In this document: positions 1 through 8,677 of the stretch, in pieces | Layout of the letters: the number at the start of each line of letters is the position of its first letter | Numbering within the stretch: the stretch's first letter is position 1 | DNA from: Ignavibacteriae bacterium HGW-Ignavibacteriae-1 | GTDB taxonomy: Bacteria > Bacteroidota > Ignavibacteria > Kapaibacteriales > UBA2268 | DNA length: 64,000 nucleotides | Assembly: GCA_002839825.1 (NCBI GenBank) | Contig: PGYU01000001.1 | Span: 462,698 to 526,697 of the forward strand | Reading direction: 5' to 3' | The notes under the pieces: model-generated | Told to the model about the DNA's origin: nothing | The model's database searches: none | What the model saw: the letters and a program-made list of their open reading frames with translations, nothing else | Position numbers and translations under genes: made by a program

Positions 1-52
1 TCAATAGTATGGAAGAAAATGACTAAATAAACAATTTTTGATTTTGAATTTC

Positions 53-88
53 GGCAGCTGTCTAATTTATTGGACAGCTTTTTTTTTC
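53..88 (+). terminator. Rho-independent terminator of the upstream (off-window) gene
   Basis: Hairpin gcagctgtc...gacagct followed by a T9 run. The stem sequence resembles the terminator after the sucA-like gene at 3909-3939. Confidence 0.5.
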
Positions 89-282
89 AATTATAGTCTA
101 AACAAGTGATTATTGACACATCAATCAAACTTAATGCGACCATTTTAATCGAATATGTGAATAATTTATACCATAAACAGATTTTCAAATATTATTTCAA
201 AAGTCGCATATTTACTCAAAATTAAGTATTGAATACATCGTTCCTACTTTTTATATTTGTAACATTTTTGGCATTTTTTGAG

Positions 283-3200
283 ATGATAAATCTTAACTCT
301 GCTTTTGAAGATGAATTGTATTTTAGTTTTTTAAAAGACCCTGATTCTGTCAGCAAAGAATGGAAAGAGTATTTCCAAAGTATTCACGGGAAATCAATTT
401 ATGTGATTGATGAAGGCAATAGACCAATTCCTTCGAGTAGTCGAGAAAATGTTGATAATAAAACTACTGCCTGGAATAATGGTAATTCCGGTTTTAAAAG
501 GAATGGTGGTTTCGATAAATCCGGTGGTGAACTGACTCCCTTGAATGAAATGGAGCAAAGCAATGCTTATCAAATGTTGGAAAGTTTGGAAGTTCCCACA
601 GCTTCATCAACGAGAACTATTCCTGTCAAAGCATTAGACGAAAATAGAAGAATTATAAATCGTTACTTAGTCAAACTAAAGCGTGATAGGGTTTCCTTTA
701 CACATCTACTTGCTTGGGCAACTATCAAAGCCTTGATGAAATTCCCAAATCTAAATGATACTTTCGAGGTAATTGACGGAAAACCTTACCGCGTAAAACG
801 AAATGCCATAAATGTTGGTTTGGCAATAGATGTCATTGCAAAAGATGGTGTGAGATTGCTTGTAATCCCAAATATCAAAAACGTTCAAGATATGAAATTT
901 GATGATTATATCGAAGAATTTAATAATTTGATTGAAAGGGCACGAGCTAACAAATTGGAATACAATGATTTTGTTGATACCACTTTCACTCTTACAAATC
1001 CGGGAATGATTGGGACAACTTCGTCACAGCCGAGATTATTCAAAGGGCAGGGTGTGATTATTTCCACAGGCTCAATTGATTACCCGACAGAATTGCAAGC
1101 TGTTCGCCCGGAAGTGCTGACTACTCTTGCAGTTTCCAAAGTTGTAAATATCACTAATACCTACGACCATAGAATAATTCAAGGTGCAGAATCAGCGGAA
1201 TTTTTGGCTCAAATCAACAAATTATTCCTTGGTGAAGAACAGTTCTATGATCAGATGTTCTATAGTCTGAAAATTCCATTTGAACCTATCAAATGGGCAA
1301 AAGACAGTTCAAACGGCAAATTCAGCTTCTTCAATGTCGAAAATGAAGTTGAAAAGGGTGCCCACGTTATTCAGATGCTGAATGCTTACCGAGTTCGTGG
1401 TCATTTGCTGGCTTCAGTCAATCCATTAGGGCTTGAAACATATTATTATCCCGAGTTAGACCCGGCATATTATGGTTTCACAATTTGGGACCTCGATAGA
1501 GTCTTTCATGCAGATGACAACTGGGACGAAAATAATTTACCGCTTCGAGATATTATCGAGATTTTGCGAGAGACCTATTGCGGCTCGACCGGAATAGAAT
1601 TTATGCACATCCAAAGCCCCGAAAAGAAAGATTGGATTAAGCGTAGATTGGAAACTACCCGCAATACAATCGAATACTCCCAAGACGAGAAAATCGGTAT
1701 TATGCATAAATTGATTGATGCGGAAGTTTTCGAAAATTATTTGCATACAAAATTTGTAGGTAGCAAGAGATTTTCAATCGAAGGTGGCGAAGCTGTCATA
1801 GTTATGCTTGATAAAATTTTCGAAGCCGCTGCAGAAGCCGAATTAAGCACAATTGTATTGGGTATGGCGCATCGGGGCAGACTCAACGTACTTGTAAATA
1901 ACATCGGCAAGAAATACAACAAAATTTTTAATGAATTTGAAGGTATTATTGACCCAAAATCTTACCAAGGTTCGGGCGATGTCAAGTACCATCTGGGTTC
2001 TAAAGGGACTTATACAAACGAAAATAATAAATCAATCAAAGTCATACTTTCTCCGAATCCTTCGCATCTCGAATTAGTTGACCCTGTGATTGAAGGTATG
2101 GCTCGTGCACTCGAAAACGAAATGGGGGACAGGACGTACTCCCAAGTATTGCCTGTGCTTGTTCATGGAGACGCAGCCTTTGCCGGACAAGGAATTGTAG
2201 CCGAGACTTTGAATATGTCTGAATTAGATGGTTACAAAACCGGTGGTACAATTCATGTGATTATCAATAATCAAATCGGATTCACCACTACGATTGATTC
2301 CGCAAGGTCAAGCATATATGCAACTGATATTGCAAAAATGATTCAAACTCCTATTATTCATGTTAATGGTAATGACCCCGAAGCAGTTAGTTCGGCTGCA
2401 AAATTTGCTTTTGAATATAGGACTAAATTCCGTAATGATGTGATTATTGATATACTTTGCTATAGAAAATACGGACATAACGAAGCTGACGAGCCAAGCT
2501 ACACGCAACCTTTGCTCTATAAGAAAATCAAATCTATGCAGAATGTTGCCAAACTGTATGAGCAACAACTTATACACGAAAATGTTGTCTCACGTGAGCA
2601 AATCAACGAGTACTACGACCAATTGAAAGAAAAACTGGATTCAGCTTATGCCAATAGGAAGGATATTGCTCTCAGTAGCTCTCTTCAATTATTGAGTAAG
2701 CAAGAAACGATTTTCGATGATTTTGACAGCAAAGTATCTGAAGAAATTATCAATGAAGTAACTCATGCTTTGACAAATGTGCCCGAAGGATTTAAAATTA
2801 ATCCAAAGTTGGCTACATTATTGCAAAAACGTGCTGATATGGTCAACTCAGATAAGCCGCAGATAGATTGGGCAATGGCTGAGCTTTTGGCATTTGGTAC
2901 GCTACTGCTCGAAGGGAAAGAAGTCAGATTTTCGGGTCAAGATTCAAGACGTGGCACTTTCAGCCAACGTCACGCAGTGCTGACTGATATGATTACAGAA
3001 ATTGATTATATATCGCTTAATCATATTAGAAAGCAACAAAGTGTACTACGAATATTCGATAGTCCTTTATCAGAGGTAGCCGTCTTAGGCTTCGAATACG
3101 GTTATAGTGTTATTGCAGCGAATGGTTTGACTTTATGGGAAGCCCAATTTGGTGATTTTGCAAATAATGCCCAAACCATTGTTGACCAATATATGGCATG

Positions 3201-3888
3201 TGGTGAAGTAAAATGGGGGCAAACTTCGAATTTGGTTATGTTGTTGCCTCACGGCTATGACGGACAGGGCTCGGAACATTCGAGCGCCAGACTGGAACGT
3301 TATCTTCAGTTATGTGCCGAATATAATTTGATAGTGGGTAATTTCACCACACCTTCAAATTATTTCCACGCTATACGTCGCCAAACTTTGATGCCATACA
3401 AAATGCCGATGATTTTGATGACACCAAAAGGTATGTTGAGACACCCACTAAAAGTAGCATCAATGGACGACCTGACAAAAGGCAAATTCAATCACATAAT
3501 TGACGACAACTCAATTGACAAAAATCAAGTGAGGAAAGTTTTGCTTTGCACCGGGAAAGTTTATTTTGACATTGAAACTGAAAGAATAAAACGAAATATC
3601 AGCGATATAGCGATAGTTCGGATTGAGCAACTTTATCCATTCCATCAAGTATTATTCGATGAAATCATTGCATCATTCAAAAATACCAAAGAGATTTGTT
3701 GGGTGCAAGAAGAACCTAAAAACATGGGTGCTTGGAACTATTTGCATCAGATTTTTATCGAAAGCGATTCGCTGTCAACCACCAAAGTTCAATACATAGG
3801 TAGAAAAGCCAGCGCTGCAACTGCTACCGGAATTCACCAAATTCACTTAGCCGAACAACACGAAATTGTTGAAACGGCTCTGAGCTGA
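283..3888 (+). CDS. sucA: 2-oxoglutarate dehydrogenase E1 component with an embedded E2o (succinyltransferase) catalytic domain (OdhA/Kgd-type fusion)
   Basis: The N-terminal SucA motif (FLKDPDSVSKEWKEYF) is followed by a Gly/Asn linker. Then comes a 2-oxoacid dehydrogenase acyltransferase catalytic domain (DHRIIQGAESAEFL). The E1o core follows (AYRVRGHLLASVNPLG, ThDP-binding region, C-terminal transketolase-like domain). The ORF track starts at TTG 229; the ATG at 283 gives a typical SucA N-terminus. No lipoyl domain is present. Confidence 0.9.
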   Translation: MINLNSAFEDELYFSFLKDPDSVSKEWKEYFQSIHGKSIYVIDEGNRPIPSSSRENVDNKTTAWNNGNSGFKRNGGFDKSGGELTPLNEMEQSNAYQMLESLEVPTASSTRTIPVKALDENRRIINRYLVKLKRDRVSFTHLLAWATIKALMKFPNLNDTFEVIDGKPYRVKRNAINVGLAIDVIAKDGVRLLVIPNIKNVQDMKFDDYIEEFNNLIERARANKLEYNDFVDTTFTLTNPGMIGTTSSQPRLFKGQGVIISTGSIDYPTELQAVRPEVLTTLAVSKVVNITNTYDHRIIQGAESAEFLAQINKLFLGEEQFYDQMFYSLKIPFEPIKWAKDSSNGKFSFFNVENEVEKGAHVIQMLNAYRVRGHLLASVNPLGLETYYYPELDPAYYGFTIWDLDRVFHADDNWDENNLPLRDIIEILRETYCGSTGIEFMHIQSPEKKDWIKRRLETTRNTIEYSQDEKIGIMHKLIDAEVFENYLHTKFVGSKRFSIEGGEAVIVMLDKIFEAAAEAELSTIVLGMAHRGRLNVLVNNIGKKYNKIFNEFEGIIDPKSYQGSGDVKYHLGSKGTYTNENNKSIKVILSPNPSHLELVDPVIEGMARALENEMGDRTYSQVLPVLVHGDAAFAGQGIVAETLNMSELDGYKTGGTIHVIINNQIGFTTTIDSARSSIYATDIAKMIQTPIIHVNGNDPEAVSSAAKFAFEYRTKFRNDVIIDILCYRKYGHNEADEPSYTQPLLYKKIKSMQNVAKLYEQQLIHENVVSREQINEYYDQLKEKLDSAYANRKDIALSSSLQLLSKQETIFDDFDSKVSEEIINEVTHALTNVPEGFKINPKLATLLQKRADMVNSDKPQIDWAMAELLAFGTLLLEGKEVRFSGQDSRRGTFSQRHAVLTDMITEIDYISLNHIRKQQSVLRIFDSPLSEVAVLGFEYGYSVIAANGLTLWEAQFGDFANNAQTIVDQYMACGEVKWGQTSNLVMLLPHGYDGQGSEHSSARLERYLQLCAEYNLIVGNFTTPSNYFHAIRRQTLMPYKMPMILMTPKGMLRHPLKVASMDDLTKGKFNHIIDDNSIDKNQVRKVLLCTGKVYFDIETERIKRNISDIAIVRIEQLYPFHQVLFDEIIASFKNTKEICWVQEEPKNMGAWNYLHQIFIESDSLSTTKVQYIGRKASAATATGIHQIHLAEQHEIVETALS

Positions 3889-3908
3889 AACTTACTGTAA
3901 TCATTTAT

Positions 3909-3939
3909 GAAGCTGTCCAAATGGGCAGCTTTTTTTTTG
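3909..3939 (+). terminator. Rho-independent terminator after the sucA-like gene
   Basis: Hairpin aagctgtcc-aaat-gggcagctt followed by T9, 20 nt after the stop codon. Confidence 0.7.
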
Positions 3940-3958
3940 TTGTTTGGTTATGTATGTA

Positions 3959-4158
3959 GGGACAGAACAGCGTTCTGTACGTAACATGGACCCATGAATT
4001 TATTCGAGGGAGAAAGAGAATTGACGTAGATGTGATTAATTCATCCGATGACTCCCGCTTTCTGTCCCACAGCTTTAATAAATTCAATTCATCTGAATAG
4101 TTCAAGTCATCGGATGAATAAAAAGCGTGAAAATATTGAACAGAACGCTGTCCTGTCC
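3959..4158. repeat. ~200 bp palindromic intergenic element; the outer arms gggacagaacagcgttctgt (3959-3978) and acagaacgctgtcctgtcc (4140-4158) are inverted copies
   Basis: The reverse complement of the 3' arm matches the 5' arm apart from 2 mismatches. The element encloses the 4038-4123 hairpin element. Confidence 0.6.
4038..4123. repeat. ~85 bp hairpin element, copy 1 (15 bp inverted repeat AATTCATCCGATGACTCC / AGTCATCGGATGAATAAA around a ~50 nt loop)
   Basis: The perfect inverted repeat TTCATCCGATGACT/AGTCATCGGATGAA is read directly from the sequence. A second copy sits at 5783-5866. Confidence 0.7.
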
Positions 4159-4307
4159 TTACGTCTCGGGTTTTTCTCCCTCTCCTTCGGAGAGGGTCGG
4201 GGTGAGGTGTATTTGTTTTTTTTCCAATCTGTAACTTTTTCACTTCACGATGTGTATTTAAAATATTGGAAAATGGGAAAAATTTCCTATTTTTAAAGAA
4301 ATTGATA

Positions 4308-5654
4308 ATGAGAGTACTTATGAAAATGAAATCATTCCTTGTAGCCGCTATAGCGATATTGTTGTTATGCCAATTCACACCTTTATGGACGCAGGAAGAA
4401 ATGGAGTTGGAATTAGTCTTGGAAGTTAAGTACTCAGGTCTTTTTTCGCAAGCATTTGAACAAGTTTGCAAAAAAGGGAAATTTCTTGTTAATTCATCCG
4501 ATGGAGAACGTTATCTATATGACCTTAATACAGGTGAACTAATTTATAAAACAACAAAAGGAACTGAATCTTCCCTTGTAGTTAATGATGTTGGAGATAA
4601 GTTTTATATCCGGAACATTTCAGAAAACACATTTGAAGAATATGATATTAAAACAAAAGTTTTGATACAAAAAATTCCGCATGTAATAAACGGGTATAAA
4701 TATCCGTTAAGAATATCACCTGATAATGTCTATTTTGAATTTTACGAGCATCCTCATTCAATCGTGTTTAAAGACCTATATACGGGAACAGTGTTAGATA
4801 GCTTTAAAGTGCCAAATTCTCCAGACAACGCTACATTTCGTATGGTTGATGAAGGAGAGTTCTCTTATGATGGTAGATATTTTAAGTTCGGATTAGTAAA
4901 TCAATTCAATACTGAAGCAGGAGCGAATTGGTTTGTATATGACAGACAAGCGAAGGAAATTGTATTTTTAAGATATATTGAGCCTGCACTTGGCGGTGAA
5001 TTGTATTTGGAGTTTTACAATACAAAAAATTGGATGTTCGTTTCACATAGAATGAAATTGAATGATGATGACATAGCATATAATTATTTAAGCGAATTCG
5101 ATTTAGATGTAAGAGAATTTAAAAATCACATAAAAATAAACAAATTAGCAAATTTTACAAGTGCTAGGTTGAGATTGGATGATAAAATGTATACTTACAG
5201 ATTAATATATCCTAATGGTGATTCAACTAATGTTCAAAGGTTTTACGATTATGAAAACAAGAGAGTTATTGATTACACCCTTAAACACTGGATAAACATG
5301 TTTGATTCAAACAATATTTGGTATTGGCATGTTGATGTATTACGAAAGTATCGTTTTGATTGGACTGTAGGAGTAGAAGACGAAACAAATTTGGGTGAGC
5401 AAATACTATATCCAAATCCGGCAACGGAATATATTGAAATAGCTGTAGATATCAACCCTACGGTTAACCGTAGGGTTGATGAAATTTCAGAGATTCATAT
5501 TTTCAACACGCTCGGTGAATGTGTGATTGAATTAGCAGATGTCCAACATCTTGGAGATGTTGGACATCTACAACGCATTAATGTGTCGCATCTACCCCGT
5601 GGCGTGTACTATATCCGTATCGGCAGCCGGACGCAAATGTTTGTTAAAGTCTGA
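4308..5654 (+). CDS. Secreted protein with a C-terminal T9SS (Por_Secre_tail) sorting domain
   Basis: Signal peptide MKMKSFLVAAIAILLLCQF. The C-terminus ILYPNPATEYIEIAV...GVYYIRIGSRTQMFVKV is typical of T9SS type A CTDs. The ORF track start at 4266 is probably too early; ATGs at 4308 and 4320 are better candidates. Confidence 0.75.
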   Translation: MRVLMKMKSFLVAAIAILLLCQFTPLWTQEEMELELVLEVKYSGLFSQAFEQVCKKGKFLVNSSDGERYLYDLNTGELIYKTTKGTESSLVVNDVGDKFYIRNISENTFEEYDIKTKVLIQKIPHVINGYKYPLRISPDNVYFEFYEHPHSIVFKDLYTGTVLDSFKVPNSPDNATFRMVDEGEFSYDGRYFKFGLVNQFNTEAGANWFVYDRQAKEIVFLRYIEPALGGELYLEFYNTKNWMFVSHRMKLNDDDIAYNYLSEFDLDVREFKNHIKINKLANFTSARLRLDDKMYTYRLIYPNGDSTNVQRFYDYENKRVIDYTLKHWINMFDSNNIWYWHVDVLRKYRFDWTVGVEDETNLGEQILYPNPATEYIEIAVDINPTVNRRVDEISEIHIFNTLGECVIELADVQHLGDVGHLQRINVSHLPRGVYYIRIGSRTQMFVKV

Positions 5655-5657
5655 AAT

Positions 5658-5708
5658 ATGATTTGTTTGATTTGAATGATTTGTTTGATTTGAATGATTT
5701 GTGTGATT
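5658..5708. repeat. Tandem direct repeat, 18 bp unit atgatttgtttgatttga, about 2.8 copies
   Basis: Read directly: units at 5658-5675 and 5676-5693, with a degenerate partial copy at 5694-5708. Confidence 0.7.
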
Positions 5709-5718
5709 ACGCTTTTCT

Positions 5719-5752
5719 AACCTTCCGAAGGTTCCAAACCTTCGGAAGGTTT
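5719..5752. repeat. Twin mirror-image hairpins aaccttccgaaggtt / aaaccttcggaaggttt
   Basis: Two adjacent short stem-loops with GC-rich stems. Together they form a larger palindrome. Confidence 0.6.
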
Positions 5753-5782
5753 CGTCTATATTAACAAACTGACGGGCATTTT

Positions 5783-5866
5783 AATTCATCCGATGACTCC
5801 CTAATATTTGTCACAACTTTGATCAATTCATTTATCTTAATTCTCCAAGTCATCGGATGAATAAAT
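5783..5866. repeat. ~85 bp hairpin element, copy 2 (same 15 bp inverted repeat as 4038-4123)
   Basis: aattcatccgatgactcc ... agtcatcggatgaataaa, with a ~45 nt loop that is roughly 70-75% similar to copy 1. It lies in direct orientation relative to copy 1, on the other side of the 4308-5654 gene. Confidence 0.7.
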
Positions 5867-5925
5867 GAATTTTAGAGCTTCTTAATCACCAGAATCATAC
5901 AAATCATAGTTCAGACAAGTTTGTT

Positions 5926-5948
5926 CCGTCAGTTGTAACAACTGACGG
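5926..5948. repeat. Perfect 23 bp palindrome ccgtcagttgt-a-acaactgacgg
   Basis: An 11 bp perfect inverted repeat read directly from the sequence. The related motif aactgacggg also occurs at 5766-5776. Confidence 0.7.
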
Positions 5949-5961
5949 GACAATATGCCCC

Positions 5962-5999
5962 AAAAAAAAAGACTGACTCTTTGAAAGTCAGTCTTTTTT
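5962..5999. terminator. Bidirectional rho-independent terminator
   Basis: An A9 run, then hairpin agactgactc-tttgaa-agtcagtct, then a T6 run. It is placed to terminate the minus-strand lipoprotein gene (6019-6756) and plus-strand read-through. Confidence 0.65.
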
Positions 6000-6018
6000 G
6001 TAAAATTTATAAGTAAGA

Positions 6019-6756
6019 TTATTGATTTGATTGAGCATTAACATTTTCGGATAATGTGTTTGCCACACTGATTTTTGTACCATCCGCAAAGATGATTTCC
6101 GACGGTACCCAAATTCTTCTCATTTGGTCCCATTGCGTGCGCAATGTCATGTCGTTATTATTATTAGGGTCATGAACAAATGGATAAACGATGCGTCTTG
6201 TTTCGCCGGCTTTGATAGGTTGGTTACCCAATACCACAGGAATTTTACCCATAATAAAGTTCTTTACGAGTTGGCGATTTTGAGTATAAATTTGCAAAGC
6301 ACCTTTGAAATCAACAATGTCTTTGTCAGAACGGTTCGTAAATTCAAATACAATCGAATTCAATTCTCTGTTGTTCACTGAATCTGCTTGTGGAGCTAAT
6401 CCAACCAAAAGAAATTTGTGGTTGAGTACCAATTCGGAACGTGTAGCAACATTCGCCAGATTTGCAGCCATCTGATTTCTTTCGTTTTCAATCTCTAATT
6501 CAATAACTTGGGCGAGAGTTTTACCTACGAGCGAATCAACGCTTCTTGATAATAAGGTGGTCATCCCGGTTGATAGATATCTCATTTCATCGGCGGTGAG
6601 AAGTGGGTCTTTTCCCGCTTCGGTGATAATTTGGACCAAATTATCTTTAGTAATTGACTCGTTCAAAAGCGGTGATTTCTTTGCTTTTTGTTCGCATCCG
6701 GTAAAAATTACAAAAGCAATTGCAATGATAGTAAGCAATTTAATTGTAATACGCAT
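6019..6756 (-). CDS. Hypothetical lipoprotein
   Basis: Lipobox MRITIKLLTIIAIAFVIFTGC. No domain I recognise. Confidence 0.6.
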   Translation of the reverse strand: MRITIKLLTIIAIAFVIFTGCEQKAKKSPLLNESITKDNLVQIITEAGKDPLLTADEMRYLSTGMTTLLSRSVDSLVGKTLAQVIELEIENERNQMAANLANVATRSELVLNHKFLLVGLAPQADSVNNRELNSIVFEFTNRSDKDIVDFKGALQIYTQNRQLVKNFIMGKIPVVLGNQPIKAGETRRIVYPFVHDPNNNNDMTLRTQWDQMRRIWVPSEIIFADGTKISVANTLSENVNAQSNQ

Positions 6757-6842
6757 GTTTAGACTCCAAATAGAATTTCAAAAATGTTTTATTAAGGTTA
6801 CAAAAATAACTTATATTTTAGTTAATACAAAAATTCAATTTA

Positions 6843-7754
6843 TTATAGCATTCCAAGCAAGTGACCTTGGATAACTCCGTATCTCAATCCTTTGGCACTT
6901 ACAACGCATTCCGCGATTTTGAATTCTTCAAAAATTGTTCTCAATATCAATGTGCCTGCGAGTATCAGGTTAGCTCTGCCAGGACTTACGAGATGTTTGG
7001 TAGCGATTTCTTCGACAGTTGAGCCATAGTACAAATCAAAAAGCTCATTGAGTTTTTCAATTGTCAAATTGTAGTTGTCAATTTCTCTCACTTTATAATC
7101 ATGTATCCCACAAGCTGTAGCTGCGAGAGTCGTTGCAGTTCCGGCAACTGCAAAGATTTGATCATATTTTGGCATTTCGGCTTTCACATCATCCAGCAAC
7201 TCGCGAATGTACCGGACAGTTTCATCAATTTGCGATTGAGTAGGAGGGTGGCTCATATTGAAAAATCTCTCGAAAATCCTGACTGCACCTATATCAAGGC
7301 TTTGTTTAAACAAGATTTGTTTGTCTTTGCCGATGATAATTTCTGTACTGCCGCCGCCAATGTCAATTACCAGAGATGTTTTAGGGGAATTGACAGTGCC
7401 GATAAAGCTCAAAGTTGCTTCTTTTTTGCCATCAATGATGAACACCGGGTGCTGGAGAATAGATTCGAAGGACATTTTTACTTGAGCACTATTCTTAGCG
7501 TCACGCATAGCGCTCGTTGCTACTGTTATGATGCTCTGTACATCAAACTTTTTGCAAATGTTGACACATTTTTGAAGAATTTTCTCGGCTCTTAGGATTG
7601 CCTGTTCGTTTATCAATCCGGTTTTGTCGGTATCTTCACCAAGTCTGGCGATAGCATACTCCTCGTGAAGAATTTTTATCTCATTATTTAGAGATATTTG
7701 AGCAACAAGCATCAAAATAGTGTTTGTCCCAATATCAATCGAAGCTAATCTCAT
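6843..7754 (-). CDS. ppx: Ppx/GppA family phosphatase (exopolyphosphatase / pppGpp phosphohydrolase)
   Basis: N-terminal MRLASIDIGTNT, a DIGGGSTE motif and the actin-like ASKH fold signature. The probable start is the MRLAS methionine (ORF track start 7787). Confidence 0.8.
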   Translation of the reverse strand: MRLASIDIGTNTILMLVAQISLNNEIKILHEEYAIARLGEDTDKTGLINEQAILRAEKILQKCVNICKKFDVQSIITVATSAMRDAKNSAQVKMSFESILQHPVFIIDGKKEATLSFIGTVNSPKTSLVIDIGGGSTEIIIGKDKQILFKQSLDIGAVRIFERFFNMSHPPTQSQIDETVRYIRELLDDVKAEMPKYDQIFAVAGTATTLAATACGIHDYKVREIDNYNLTIEKLNELFDLYYGSTVEEIATKHLVSPGRANLILAGTLILRTIFEEFKIAECVVSAKGLRYGVIQGHLLGML

Positions 7755-7756
7755 AC

Positions 7757-8605
7757 TTATTCCACTATAAATTGAAAAGCTACCCACTCATCGTCATACA
7801 TTGTTTCATTCAGCTTGAAACCTGCTTTGGTAGCACTTTTGACAACGGTTTCTTCGTCATATTTCAAAATCCCGGAAACTAGTAAAATTCCTTTCCTTGC
7901 CTTGAGCGAATCATACATTTTGCTGAATGAATCTATGACTAAATGAAGGAACAAATTTGCAAAAATCCCGTCAGATTCGGGCAATTCAACTTTGTAAATA
8001 TCTGCATTTTCTACTTTGATGTTAGACACGCCATTCAAGGCGATGTTTTCATTTATATTCAATGTTGACCATTCGTCATTATCGAATGCGAAAACTTCCT
8101 TGGCGCCAAGTTTGGAGGCTAAAATAGCCAATAATCCCGTGCCGGAACCAGCATCAATCCAAAAACTATCAGCTTTGACATATTTCAATGCTAATTGGGA
8201 CATCATCTTAGTAGTAGAATGGTGACCTGTGCCGAATGACATTTGTGGATTTATGATGATTTTCATGTCGGCAGCAACTTCATTTGCTTTCCATTCGGGA
8301 GTGATAACGCAATTCTCATCAATCCAAACAGGCTCAATCGAATTCTCCCAATCTTCGTTCCAGTTCTTTTCCTCGATTTCGATTGTTTCAACTAATTTTG
8401 CTTTCGGATACACACCTTTTATAATTTCAAACAGACTGTTGAATACTTCCTCATCGAATTTGTGTGAATGAAAAGTAATTTTGTAAACATCATGGACTTG
8501 TTCAACACCCACAAAGTCCATATCGCAAATCAATCCTAAAGCTAAATCGTGAAGCTCTTCGGGAAACTCAAATACTACTATTTTATAAGTGTTATTCAAT
8601 TTCAA
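7757..8605 (-). CDS. prmA: Ribosomal protein L11 methyltransferase
   Basis: FGTGHHSTTKMM and the SAM-binding motif IDAGSGTGLLAI. Length is 282 aa. Confidence 0.85.
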   Translation of the reverse strand: MKLNNTYKIVVFEFPEELHDLALGLICDMDFVGVEQVHDVYKITFHSHKFDEEVFNSLFEIIKGVYPKAKLVETIEIEEKNWNEDWENSIEPVWIDENCVITPEWKANEVAADMKIIINPQMSFGTGHHSTTKMMSQLALKYVKADSFWIDAGSGTGLLAILASKLGAKEVFAFDNDEWSTLNINENIALNGVSNIKVENADIYKVELPESDGIFANLFLHLVIDSFSKMYDSLKARKGILLVSGILKYDEETVVKSATKAGFKLNETMYDDEWVAFQFIVE

Positions 8606-8677
8606 TCCAATAATTATGTGACATATACTTTTATATTATAGTATCTTGTACAATTCAAAAATATGAATTAAAATAAC

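Noticed and set aside
3905-4471. 188 aa minus-strand ORF and 82 aa plus-strand ORF (4048-4296) in the sucA-downstream gap
   Set aside because: Both run straight through the terminator, the nested palindrome and hairpin-element copy 1. Their composition is low-complexity and they have no sensible start or domain. They are most likely non-coding.
5658-5708. 18 bp tandem repeat as a possible mini-CRISPR
   Set aside because: It has only about 2.8 contiguous copies with no spacers, is AT-rich and has no cas genes in the window.
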